This document shows, in pieces, positions 19,191-28,748 of a DNA stretch of 64,000 bases. Source of the DNA: an uncultured Candidatus Saccharibacteria bacterium (lineage in GTDB: Bacteria; Patescibacteriota; Saccharimonadia; Saccharimonadales; CAIOMD01); contig CAZMHM010000002.1 of NCBI GenBank assembly GCA_964566135.1, positions 66,309 through 130,308 on the forward strand, written 5' to 3'. A program made the position numbers and the translations under genes. The notes beneath the pieces are model-generated. The model was not told the DNA's origin, made no database searches, and worked only from the letters and a program-made list of their open reading frames with translations. The stretch's first letter is position 1; each line of letters opens with the position of its first letter.

Positions 19191-20258
19191 TTATGATAAG
19201 TGAGCTTCTTCGGGACCGGGGAAGTTTTGATCGGGAGCAGCCGCACCTTGTAACAAGCGTCCCGTATCAGAAACGAGCTCTACGAGGCGATTACTATAAC
19301 CCCATTCATTGTCGTACCATGCAACAACTTTAAGCATATTGCCCGCAACTACGGCTGTAAGAGGAAGGTCTACTGTAGTGCTATGGCTATTACCAATGAA
19401 ATCACTGCTCACGAGTTCTTCCTCGGTAACGGCTAAAATGCCCTGGTAGTATGGCTCTGCCGCTGCTTTTCGGAATGCATCATTTACCTCATCAACGGTA
19501 ACGTCACGCTTGGTAATAATGACAAAATCACTGAGCGACACAACTGGGGTTGGTACGCGCACACTTAAGCCACCAAAGATACCTGCTATCGCTGGAAGTG
19601 CCTGTCCAGCAGCAATAGAAGCGCCGGTTGTGGTTGGTACTATATTTTCAGCAGCGGCTCGAGCTTCGCGCAAGTCTTTAGCTGGCGCATCTTGCAAACG
19701 CTGGCTTGCAGTGTAGCTATGCACCGTCGTCATCATTGCTTTTTCGATACCAAAGTTTTGATGAATCACGTCCATAACAGGCGTAATACAGTTAGTAGTA
19801 CAGCTTGCATTGCTAATAATGTCGCTTGCATCTTGTAGCTTGTCTTCGTTGACGCCAATAACAATAGTGGTTGCGCCATCGCCTTTTGCCGGCGCACTAA
19901 TCACAACTTTTTTAGCACCTGCAGAATCAATGTGCGCTCGTGCCTTTGCTGGGTCGACAAAAAATCCAGTCGATTCAATAACAACGTCAACCCCTAAATC
20001 ACCCCAAGGTAACAAAGCTGGGTCAGTTTGCTTGTAGACATGGATAGCTTTACCATCAACAATAATATTGTCTTCGTCAAAACCTACCTCTCGGTGATAG
20101 GTGCCATAGGTTGAGTCATGCTTTAGCAGATGTGCAAGCGTCTTGGTATCCGTTAGGTCATTTAACGCAACAATTTCTAAGTCATCACGCTCAAATGCAA
20201 CCTTAAAAGCGTTTCGCCCAATGCGTCCGAAACCGTTAATAGCAACTTTCGTTTTCAT
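19191..20258 (-). CDS. gap: glyceraldehyde-3-phosphate dehydrogenase
   Basis: INGFGRIGR NAD-binding, ASCTTNC catalytic Cys motif; AAAGGGGG SD. Confidence 0.95.
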   Translation of the reverse strand: MKTKVAINGFGRIGRNAFKVAFERDDLEIVALNDLTDTKTLAHLLKHDSTYGTYHREVGFDEDNIIVDGKAIHVYKQTDPALLPWGDLGVDVVIESTGFFVDPAKARAHIDSAGAKKVVISAPAKGDGATTIVIGVNEDKLQDASDIISNASCTTNCITPVMDVIHQNFGIEKAMMTTVHSYTASQRLQDAPAKDLREARAAAENIVPTTTGASIAAGQALPAIAGIFGGLSVRVPTPVVSLSDFVIITKRDVTVDEVNDAFRKAAAEPYYQGILAVTEEELVSSDFIGNSHSTTVDLPLTAVVAGNMLKVVAWYDNEWGYSNRLVELVSDTGRLLQGAAAPDQNFPGPEEAHLS

Positions 20259-20337
20259 CCTACCCCCTTTAAAAAATATAGTCGTTAGCCCTATTGTATA
20301 CGCTAACGCTTATTCGTCGCAATACTTTAGTTATATG

Positions 20338-21120
20338 CTAGTTATTTTTTGCAAAAAATTCCTGAAGTTCGCGATGCGTTACTTTATTACTCGCTATAAA
20401 ATTTAAGTCGTGATAGTCAAATTCGTCACTGCCAATATTTGCAACTGTCCCACCCGCTTCTTGTACCAGCAGTGCCCCAGGTGCATAGTCCCATAATTTG
20501 CCATAACCATTCACTTGCACGCGTGCTTCGAGGGCACCCTTTGCCACCAGACAAAAACCAAAACCAGCTGCGGCAAATTTAACAGTTGAATAGCGGGGCA
20601 GGTCAAAAAACATATCTCGGCTCTCTTGAGTAGTTGGTTGTATTTCAAATTCAATTGAAGCATGTTGTAAAAGTCTATCGCTAACTTTTATGGGTATACC
20701 ATTGCGGGTAGCGCCCTTGCCTTTTATAGCACTATACATTTCGTCTAGTGGAAAATTATAAATTATAGATGCTTCTAGTTGACCGCCACGTATCAAGCAC
20801 AACATGTTTGTACAAAATGGCATACCACGTAAAAATGCTTCGGTACCGTCAATAGGGTCGATAGTCCAAAAAATATCTTTACTGCCGGTAATACCAAATT
20901 CTTCACCATAAAAACCAACATCGTAACCAAAGTCTGTAATTGCGTTTTTTAAGATATTTTCAACTTGCATATCCAACGCGGTAACAGAGGTATTGTCTTG
21001 CTTTTTTTCGTGCTCAATAACACCAAAATGCTGCATTAACTCAGGTCGTAAATCTCTCAAAATTTGTTTAATAACCGGTAGAGCTGTGTCTATATACTTT
21101 GAGAGTTCTGTGTCTTGCAT
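20338..21120 (-). CDS. inositol monophosphatase-family phosphatase
   Basis: WTIDPIDGT motif. Confidence 0.8.
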   Translation of the reverse strand: MQDTELSKYIDTALPVIKQILRDLRPELMQHFGVIEHEKKQDNTSVTALDMQVENILKNAITDFGYDVGFYGEEFGITGSKDIFWTIDPIDGTEAFLRGMPFCTNMLCLIRGGQLEASIIYNFPLDEMYSAIKGKGATRNGIPIKVSDRLLQHASIEFEIQPTTQESRDMFFDLPRYSTVKFAAAGFGFCLVAKGALEARVQVNGYGKLWDYAPGALLVQEAGGTVANIGSDEFDYHDLNFIASNKVTHRELQEFFAKNN

Positions 21121-21122
21121 TT

Positions 21123-21653
21123 CTACTTCTTAAATCGTTCTATACATTCAGCTACGATTTTTTTCGCCTCTTCGGCATCACCCCAACCAAGCACCTTAGT
21201 GCTACCGGGCTTTTTCAAGTCTTTGTAATGCGTAAAGTGGTGTTCTATTTGCTGCTGCCAACGAGTACCCAAATCATTGAGTGTCTTAATCACATCGCCG
21301 GTGTTTCTATCATCCGAAGGTACGCAAACGATTTTATAATCCATTTCGCCGTCATCTTCAAAGTTCAGAATACCGACAATAGTTGCTTCAAGCCATACGC
21401 CGGTTGGAATTGGTTCGTCAGTAACAACAAGGGTATCAAGCTCGTCACCATCTTCGTCAAGAGTGCCGGGTATAAAACCGTAATTAACAGGTTTTGCAAA
21501 AATTGCAGGCTCTACCCTGTCGAGCATAAAAGCCGCGCGCTTTCTATCCCACTCAATCTTTAGGGTTGAACCTTTTGGAATTTCTACAACGGTGTTAATT
21601 GTTCCAGCTTGGTAATCGCCAGGTTCGAGGACCTGATTAAAATCTGCCATCAT
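21123..21653 (-). CDS. ppa: inorganic pyrophosphatase (family I)
   Basis: VVEIPKGS...K.E.D, DGDELDTLVV motifs. Confidence 0.9.
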   Translation of the reverse strand: MMADFNQVLEPGDYQAGTINTVVEIPKGSTLKIEWDRKRAAFMLDRVEPAIFAKPVNYGFIPGTLDEDGDELDTLVVTDEPIPTGVWLEATIVGILNFEDDGEMDYKIVCVPSDDRNTGDVIKTLNDLGTRWQQQIEHHFTHYKDLKKPGSTKVLGWGDAEEAKKIVAECIERFKK

Positions 21654-21693
21654 TACTCCTTTATTTCTTCTTTAGTAGTATACAATAAATGGG

Positions 21694-22341
21694 ATGAAAA
21701 CATGGCTAGTTGCACACCGCGGCGCACAAAATAATGCACGAGAAAATACGCTACAAGCCTTTAGCGATGCCCGAAAGTTTGACGTTGGTTATATTGAATT
21801 TGATGTCCGCGTTACGCTAGATAACATCGCCGTTATCCATCATGACCCATTGGTTGCTGGTGTGTCGATAGTAGACCATTCATACGCCGAACTCCTCAAG
21901 TTTGACCCCGAGCTTGCCCAATTTGAAGAAGTAATAGCTCAAAATGGCGCCCAAGCGCTTATTATCGAGCTAAAGGGTGCGGGTGCGGCTCGACATGTAC
22001 AGCCTTACTTACAAAAACTACCCGACAGTTTTGCTACTAGTTTTTATGTAGATGAGCTACGCGCTCTGCAAGAACACGGAATTAGTCCCCACAGAATGTT
22101 TTTGGCCCAGTACAAACATCCCATTGGTCTCGTTAAAAAAGCTACAGATGCTGGCTTTGGCGGTATCACGCTTAATAAGTGGTACCTTAACCCCTTGTTA
22201 TACAGACGAGCACAAAAGCACAACCTAACTATTTTTATATACACCGTCAATAATCGTCTTTGGGCTAAATGTATACGAAGATGGTACCCCGCTGTTTTGA
22301 TTGCTACCGATAGACCCGATAAGCTAACCTCATTATCATAA
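21694..22341 (+). CDS. glycerophosphodiester phosphodiesterase family protein
   Basis: AHRGA...ENT and IEFDV GDPD motifs. Confidence 0.8.
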   Translation: MKTWLVAHRGAQNNARENTLQAFSDARKFDVGYIEFDVRVTLDNIAVIHHDPLVAGVSIVDHSYAELLKFDPELAQFEEVIAQNGAQALIIELKGAGAARHVQPYLQKLPDSFATSFYVDELRALQEHGISPHRMFLAQYKHPIGLVKKATDAGFGGITLNKWYLNPLLYRRAQKHNLTIFIYTVNNRLWAKCIRRWYPAVLIATDRPDKLTSLS

Positions 22342-22342
22342 A

Positions 22343-22696
22343 ATGCGAAGAGTCTATATTGTACTGACAGTTTTAGGGGCAATGAGCGTATTGTTGTTTG
22401 CTTCGGTTATCTATTACCAATCACGCCGCACACTGCCCACCGTTACCAGTACGGCACAAGAAATAACCTTAGCTGCTGTAGCGCAACATAACACGACACA
22501 AAATTGCTGGATTATACTAGGCCAAAAGGTTTATAGCCTTACCAGCTATAACGTTAACCACCCCACAGACACAACTTACGCGTCGGTGTGTGGAACAGAC
22601 GCCACAGATACCCTCAATGCAAGTACCCCAAGCGCAACATCAGCTGCGCTTCAAACTAAACTACAGCCATACTTTATTGGCGTAGTAGTGCCGTAA
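22343..22696 (+). CDS. membrane-anchored cytochrome b5-like heme/steroid-binding domain protein
   Basis: N-terminal TM; HNTTQNCWIILGQKVYSLTSY...HP pattern resembling cyt b5 fold. Confidence 0.5.
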   Translation: MRRVYIVLTVLGAMSVLLFASVIYYQSRRTLPTVTSTAQEITLAAVAQHNTTQNCWIILGQKVYSLTSYNVNHPTDTTYASVCGTDATDTLNASTPSATSAALQTKLQPYFIGVVVP

Positions 22697-22697
22697 C

Positions 22698-23273
22698 TTA
22701 CTGCGGTAACAAAACGGCGTCAATAATATGAATTACGCCATTTTTTGCTTTTATATCCGACTTCGTAACTAACGCTTTGTTCCCTTTAGCGTCAATAAAG
22801 TACACATTGGTACCATCGATAGAGACGATTACTTCTTGACCATTGGCCGTTTTAACTTTCTGGCCATTCGTCAGTTGGCTCGAGAGCAGTGAGCCTGCTG
22901 CAATATGATAATTCATAATACTCGTAAGTGATTGCGCGTTCTCTGGCTTTAGGAGCCTATCGAGTGTTCCACTTGGCAACGCGTTAAACGCACTATTGCT
23001 TGGCGCTAGAACGGTGTAGGGGCCAACACCCGTGAGGGTAGCCGTAAGGTTAGCTGACTTTAAAGCATCGTTGAAGCTGCTCAGGTCACCCGTATCCGCA
23101 ATCAATGTTGCTACATCCTTATCGCTCGCCGGCTTACTGGCCTCACTCTGAGTGGTCTGTTGTGTTTTATCATCCGAACTAGATGAGTTAAGTACGAAAA
23201 ACCAATACGCCGCCACGCCACCGGCAATAATGAGTACTGCAATAATAATTAAAATTATGGTTTTTTTCTTCAC
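22698..23273 (-). CDS. fasciclin (FAS1) domain protein, membrane-anchored
   Basis: TVLAPSNSAF and IHIIDAVLLP FAS1 motifs. Confidence 0.8.
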   Translation of the reverse strand: MKKKTIILIIIAVLIIAGGVAAYWFFVLNSSSSDDKTQQTTQSEASKPASDKDVATLIADTGDLSSFNDALKSANLTATLTGVGPYTVLAPSNSAFNALPSGTLDRLLKPENAQSLTSIMNYHIAAGSLLSSQLTNGQKVKTANGQEVIVSIDGTNVYFIDAKGNKALVTKSDIKAKNGVIHIIDAVLLPQ

Positions 23274-23346
23274 GCCACCCTCCGGCTTATTATGTTCCTG
23301 CTAGGTTGTAGTATAAAGGAGCATTGCGTTTAGCAAAAGCGTCATA

Positions 23347-23817
23347 TTATTTACGTTCGTTGGGTATATCCTTGTTCGCTAACAATCCCACAATAGTCAG
23401 GTAATCTTTAAGCATTGTTACATCAATATCATCAAGCCACGTAGCTGTCGCTTCACGTAATATGCCCTCAATATCGCATGTTTTTTGACCACCTTCTTGC
23501 GTTGCACGTATTCGCTTAGCTCGTCGATCAGTAGGATCAACTACACGGGTAACCCAGCCAGTAGCGACTGCGCGATTGGTAAGGTTTGTGATAACCGGCA
23601 TCTCTACCCCAAGCGTATCTGCAAGTTCCGAAACTCTTACACCGTCTTTACCGCCATCAATAACAGACCCAATCATGAGCCATTCGGTAAGGGTTAAATC
23701 ATGTTCTTTGAGCGTTTCTACTAAAAAGGACCGCAAATTCCGGAATGCGCGCGCCTGGGAAATGACCGCTTGATAGGTCGTCAGTTGTCGTTGAGGCATT
23801 ACCTCTATCATTAGCAC
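23347..23817 (-). CDS. MarR-family transcriptional regulator
   Basis: winged-HTH region LTLTEWLMIG...VSELADTLGVEMPVITNLTNRAVATGWVTRVVDPTDRRA. Confidence 0.7.
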   Translation of the reverse strand: MLMIEVMPQRQLTTYQAVISQARAFRNLRSFLVETLKEHDLTLTEWLMIGSVIDGGKDGVRVSELADTLGVEMPVITNLTNRAVATGWVTRVVDPTDRRAKRIRATQEGGQKTCDIEGILREATATWLDDIDVTMLKDYLTIVGLLANKDIPNERK

Positions 23818-23838
23818 GTCTTGCAGATTAAGGCAAGG

Positions 23839-25017
23839 TTAGGGGTGCTGCAAATATTCTCGGATACGAAGCGCTGCGGTCGCACCTTCTCCTACTGCGC
23901 TCGCAATTTGCATGGTCGCGCCACTACGGACGTCGCCTGCCGCAAAAACGCCTTTTAGCTTCGTTTCAAGCTTATCGTTTGTCTTAATAAAGCCGATTTC
24001 ATCAAATTCTATATCTGTTGTGCGCAAAAACTCGGTGGTTGGCTTTAGGCCTACAAACACAAACACACCGTCCGTCTCGAACGTTACTTGCTTGCCAGTA
24101 TCGGTGTTCGTACCAATTACTTTTTCGAGCTTCGTTCCATCGCCAAGTATTTCATCAGTTGTAGTATGCAAATGGACGGTAATCTTGTCGTTCTTTTCGA
24201 GTTGATGTAGCAACACTTCGCTTGCCCGTAGCTCACTACGGACCAGTAAATCAATATGTGTTGCAAATCGTGTTAAAAATAATGCCTCTTGGACTGCTGA
24301 GTTACCCCCGCCCACAACAACGAGTTTCTTCTCGCGGTAAAATGCACCGTCACACGTTGCGCAGTAATGTACGCCACGCGCATAATAGGTATCCTCGCCG
24401 GGAATACCGAGTTTTTTATAGTCACTGCCTGTAGCAATTAAGACAGCTTTTGCATATCTATCACCATCGGTTGTTTCAAGCTTAACCAAGCCATCTTGAC
24501 TTTCAAGTTTCGTAACTTCTCCAAGTTCGATAACTGCACCAAAGCGCTCGGCTTGCTTACGTAAGTTTTCAGCCAAATCAAGTCCGCTGATTCCATCTGC
24601 AAACCCGGGATAGTTATCGACCCAATCTGTTGTTGCTGCTAGACCACCAATAACGCCCTTTTCGTACAAAACAGTATCGATATCTTCGCGAGTAGTATAC
24701 ACGGCTGCGGCAAGAGCAGTTGGACCAGCACCAATCATAATGACATCCGTAACGTTTGCAGACTCCAACTTCGGTTCTATCTGTAATGCTTCGCTTAGTT
24801 GTGCAGCAGTTGGTTCTTGCATAATGGTGTCTCCTATAATGATGGTTGGTATTGCATATTTACCGTCAGTTATTGCAAGCATAGCTTCTTTCGCGCCAGG
24901 CTCATTATCAACGTCATGTGACTCATACGTAATTGCATGGCGCGCAAAAAATTCTTTTGCCATTTGGCAATCTGCGCACCAATCAGCGCCGTAATATACT
25001 ACTTTTTGACTCGTCAT
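23839..25017 (-). CDS. trxB: thioredoxin-disulfide reductase with N-terminal glutaredoxin-like domain
   Basis: N-term CADC thioredoxin-fold; GAGPTALAAAVY FAD site; CATCDGAF redox-active disulfide; GGGNSAVQEALFL NADPH site. Confidence 0.85.
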   Translation of the reverse strand: MTSQKVVYYGADWCADCQMAKEFFARHAITYESHDVDNEPGAKEAMLAITDGKYAIPTIIIGDTIMQEPTAAQLSEALQIEPKLESANVTDVIMIGAGPTALAAAVYTTREDIDTVLYEKGVIGGLAATTDWVDNYPGFADGISGLDLAENLRKQAERFGAVIELGEVTKLESQDGLVKLETTDGDRYAKAVLIATGSDYKKLGIPGEDTYYARGVHYCATCDGAFYREKKLVVVGGGNSAVQEALFLTRFATHIDLLVRSELRASEVLLHQLEKNDKITVHLHTTTDEILGDGTKLEKVIGTNTDTGKQVTFETDGVFVFVGLKPTTEFLRTTDIEFDEIGFIKTNDKLETKLKGVFAAGDVRSGATMQIASAVGEGATAALRIREYLQHP

Positions 25018-25019
25018 AC

Positions 25020-25268
25020 CTAGGCGACGGCTGGCGCTAGTTTGGCTAAATTATAACCAACGATTACTTCTTGCGTATCATCCTGCTTTGTAACAACCGT
25101 TACCGGTACGGCAAGTTGGCCACTCACAGCTAACGCTTCTTGCGTCCGCTCAGGGTGCTCATCAAGATTTACCTCACTATACTCGTGGCCTTTTGCAGTT
25201 AGCCATTTTTTGACCATAACGCAGTAGCCACAGGTATTTGTTGTATAGATAGTAATATCTTTTGCCAT
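25020..25268 (-). CDS. glutaredoxin/NrdH-like redoxin
   Basis: 82 aa, CGYC active site. Confidence 0.8.
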   Translation of the reverse strand: MAKDITIYTTNTCGYCVMVKKWLTAKGHEYSEVNLDEHPERTQEALAVSGQLAVPVTVVTKQDDTQEVIVGYNLAKLAPAVA

Positions 25269-25346
25269 AATGAGAGTCCTTTTTATAACTTTACTTTTTA
25301 TAGTTTACTATGTAATTTTTTTAAAATCAAACACTATATATAGTGT

Positions 25347-25895
25347 TTATTGACCAATTCCAACAAGTTCAACATCAAATACTAACGCTGCATTCGCTGG
25401 TATATCGGCGCTTGGGCTATTCGCACCATATGCTTGATCTGCTGGGATATACAAACGGCGTGTTCCACCAACTTTCATACCTGGAATACCATCTGACCAT
25501 CCCTTGATGACCTGATTAAGACTTAATGGGATTGGTGCTCCTGAGTCTTTTGAACTTTGGAAAATCTTGCCAGTGGCAGCAACTGCTCCCGTATAGTGAA
25601 CAGTTACGGTATCGCCTGCCGCGACCGTCTTGCCGGTGCCGACAACCGTATCTTCGGTCTTCAGTACGGTAATATTAGCGTTTGGTGTAAAGTTTTGTAG
25701 TTGTGTTCCCTGCAATTTAGCCCCCTGCGTTGTATTAGTTTGCTGCTTAATAGCTTCTTGTAAAGCTGCTTGATCCCTACGTTGATTTTTATCGGCTATG
25801 ACGTAGTACACGACAATACCTATTGTCGAAACAATAAATAATACCGCTAAAATAAACGTCACAATCCTATGCGACAATGGTGTCGTTGATGCCAT
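25347..25895 (-). CDS. FKBP-type peptidyl-prolyl cis-trans isomerase, membrane-anchored
   Basis: GDTVTVHYTG...F.SS...P....IKGW..G..GMKVGG.R.L.IP..AYG FKBP signature. Confidence 0.85.
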   Translation of the reverse strand: MASTTPLSHRIVTFILAVLFIVSTIGIVVYYVIADKNQRRDQAALQEAIKQQTNTTQGAKLQGTQLQNFTPNANITVLKTEDTVVGTGKTVAAGDTVTVHYTGAVAATGKIFQSSKDSGAPIPLSLNQVIKGWSDGIPGMKVGGTRRLYIPADQAYGANSPSADIPANAALVFDVELVGIGQ

Positions 25896-25990
25896 TTTAT
25901 ACTCCCCTACTTGCGTTTTATTATATCAGCCGCATGTCGTACAAACCATAAGCAAACTGTCGCAAAATAGACTACGACTTATTAGTGCCA

Positions 25991-28726
25991 TTAGCTGCGG
26001 CGAAGTTTACGAGCGAACTTGCTACTTTTAACTCGTAAGAATTCAGCACCGAGGTAATAATACGGGAACACCGTAATTACCAAGAGAGTACTCGAAATCA
26101 ATCCACAAACAAGTACGACTGCAAGCCCCTCCCAGAATGGGCTCGTGAGAGCCAGTGGGATAAGCGCAACAACTGCAGTTAAGCTTGTTGCTACTAGTGG
26201 GCGAAATCGCTCTTGTAGCGCCTCGACAGCAGCATCAACGCCCGATGCACCTCGCCGGCGAGCCTGGTTTGCAAAGTCGGTTAGCAAAATCGTGTTCTTG
26301 ATACTAAGGCCAATAAGCGCAAAGAAACCAAGCATTGCAAAGAAGCTAAATGCGTTGTCTGTTAAGTACAAGCCAAGCGTAATACCAAATAGGCTAAATG
26401 GTATCGCCATAAAGATAAGCAACGGCTGCAAGAACGAGCGGAATTGGAACGCAAGCAAGACATAAATCACTGCAAGTAGCGCCGGGAAGGCAATCGCAAG
26501 TGTCTTAAAGCTATCCTGGTTCTCGCTTTCCTGGCCAAAGTCAAACTGCAACACATTGCTTTCAAGACCGTAGGTTGCAAGCTTTTCTTTGTTAAATTCT
26601 TTTTCAACGGCTGACTGCGCAAGTGTCACAAGCGTTGTCGTGTCCGTGCCATCAAACTCAGCAGTAACGCTCACGTACTGCACCCCGTTGTTGCGGATAT
26701 ACGAACCTGGGTCAGAAACACTTGTGCGGATTATCTTTGCCGTCGTGCCGCTGGCGCGTGTAAACTCTTTACCGTTTAGGAACTTGTTCATGTCATTCGC
26801 AAGTGCAAATGCCGCTGTACGATTATCGGTTTTGATCTTAACGACAAACGGCGAGCTTGGCGGACCAGCGTCCTGTTGGCCAACCTTAACCTCAGCGCCT
26901 TGGAATCCAACAAACGCACCCTCGAGCTGTTTGATTAACTCAGGCGAAGTCACATCACGACTCTTATACGAAATCAAATCGATATACAACGCGCCTTTTT
27001 GTGCGGTTGCCTGGCCGTAGTACGATGCAATCTTAAAGTTTTCACCGAGCGTTTTGCCGACAATTGCATCAGCCTTATCAGCAGTTGCCTGTGCCTGATC
27101 AATTGTTGAGCCAGGTGCAAAGCTTAGCGTAGTCGTAAGGCCATTGGAGTCTTTTGATGATGGGAAGATATTAAAGGTTACCTTCTGGAAGATAACGCCA
27201 CTTGCCATAATAAAACCAAGGCCAATAAAGACTGCTGTTAAGCCCACTAAAACAAGTTTCTTCTTTGAGTCTTTTGCCCATATCATTGGCTTGCCAATAA
27301 AGCTAGCAACTTTTGCCTCAAAACCAGCAGCAATCTCGTCGTGGGTTTCGCCCATTTGCTTCTTACCAAGCAGCAAGTAGCGCGCAAACAGTGGAATAAA
27401 TATCAACGCAACTACCAGGCTTGTTATAAGAGCGGTGATGATTGTTACAGGTATGGCTCGGATGAATCCGCCGAGAATGCCACCAACAAAAATGAGTGGC
27501 GCAAAGCTAAGTGCCGCTGTTGATGTAGCAGAGATCATTGCCTTACTGACGCGCTTGGTCGCTTCGCCGACAGCTTGACGAGCATCTTTTTGCCGCTTTC
27601 TCTGGGCATCGATAGCCTCAACCATAATGATTGTATCGTCAACTATCAAAGCTAACGCTAAGATAAGTGCAAACAGGGTAATCGTGTTAAGGGTGTAACC
27701 AATCAAGAATAGAATTCCGATGGTCGTAGCGAGCACCGTAATCATCGAGAGAACGGTAATGAGCGATGCTCGTACTGCAATCACAATCGAGCCAACGAGC
27801 AGAACTGCAATCAGCCCCTCGAGCAACACTCGTTGAAGTTCATCAATCTGGTCTCTGATTTGGGGCGCAAAACTTGCACTAATTACCGCTTCAAACTCAC
27901 TGTCGTGATTGTATTTTGCAAGTGCTTCACGCACCTGATCATCAGCCTTTAGCGTGTCTGCACCCGCTTTTTTGGTCACGCCAATTGCAACTGAATTGTA
28001 GAAATTGTTTGCATTATCTTGTCTTTCACCGTACCTATCAAAGTTCTTTTGATTTACTTCGGGTTGGCCGGTTGTCGTATTTACACCAGCAACGAACGGA
28101 TTAATAACAGATATATTTTCAATGAGGCTGAGATTTTGGGTATTAAGGTAATCAACTGTTTTTTGAGCTTCTGCGACCAGTGCTTTTGTGTCCGTGCTGT
28201 TTTCTTTAGAGTAGAAAGAAATCACCATGTCATCGCCACGTGATGTAAATCCAAACTTAAGTGGTTCAAACTTTGCCGTTGCTTGCGCGGGAATAATCTT
28301 TGCGTCAGTTACTTGTTTCTCAAGTGCTTTTGTAGCGGCACCCGAATCAGTACCTTCTTTATACTGAACCGTCACTAGATAAAAATTTGCCTGTGACTGC
28401 GTTTGCACTGATTTTACATCAGCGTTCTTGAGGATTTCGTCGCTTAGCGGCTTAGCGACAGTTGCATCTACCTTAGTAGGGTCGTTAACAAAGTACGCTC
28501 CTGTGACAAATGTGTAGGGCACTTGAATGCTTGGAAAGCCTTCTCGACGTAAGAATGTTGTGTAGCTTAGGATTCCGAATACCGTTATTACAAGCCAAAT
28601 AATGGCAGCAACGCGTGGCCTGTCAAAAAAAAACAGACTTAGTTTCGGCAAGAGTCGTGCTTCGCCTTTGATATGTGTCGTCTGATTTGCTTTACCCTGT
28701 TTTTTTATCACAAAAACTCCCCTCAA
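25991..28726 (-). CDS. RND/MMPL-superfamily efflux permease
   Basis: 911 aa, 12-TM architecture with two large periplasmic loops; N-terminal FFFDRPRVAAIIWLVIT. Confidence 0.85.
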   Translation of the reverse strand: MRGVFVIKKQGKANQTTHIKGEARLLPKLSLFFFDRPRVAAIIWLVITVFGILSYTTFLRREGFPSIQVPYTFVTGAYFVNDPTKVDATVAKPLSDEILKNADVKSVQTQSQANFYLVTVQYKEGTDSGAATKALEKQVTDAKIIPAQATAKFEPLKFGFTSRGDDMVISFYSKENSTDTKALVAEAQKTVDYLNTQNLSLIENISVINPFVAGVNTTTGQPEVNQKNFDRYGERQDNANNFYNSVAIGVTKKAGADTLKADDQVREALAKYNHDSEFEAVISASFAPQIRDQIDELQRVLLEGLIAVLLVGSIVIAVRASLITVLSMITVLATTIGILFLIGYTLNTITLFALILALALIVDDTIIMVEAIDAQRKRQKDARQAVGEATKRVSKAMISATSTAALSFAPLIFVGGILGGFIRAIPVTIITALITSLVVALIFIPLFARYLLLGKKQMGETHDEIAAGFEAKVASFIGKPMIWAKDSKKKLVLVGLTAVFIGLGFIMASGVIFQKVTFNIFPSSKDSNGLTTTLSFAPGSTIDQAQATADKADAIVGKTLGENFKIASYYGQATAQKGALYIDLISYKSRDVTSPELIKQLEGAFVGFQGAEVKVGQQDAGPPSSPFVVKIKTDNRTAAFALANDMNKFLNGKEFTRASGTTAKIIRTSVSDPGSYIRNNGVQYVSVTAEFDGTDTTTLVTLAQSAVEKEFNKEKLATYGLESNVLQFDFGQESENQDSFKTLAIAFPALLAVIYVLLAFQFRSFLQPLLIFMAIPFSLFGITLGLYLTDNAFSFFAMLGFFALIGLSIKNTILLTDFANQARRRGASGVDAAVEALQERFRPLVATSLTAVVALIPLALTSPFWEGLAVVLVCGLISSTLLVITVFPYYYLGAEFLRVKSSKFARKLRRS

Positions 28727-28748
28727 TTACTTAAGTATATTAACAATC

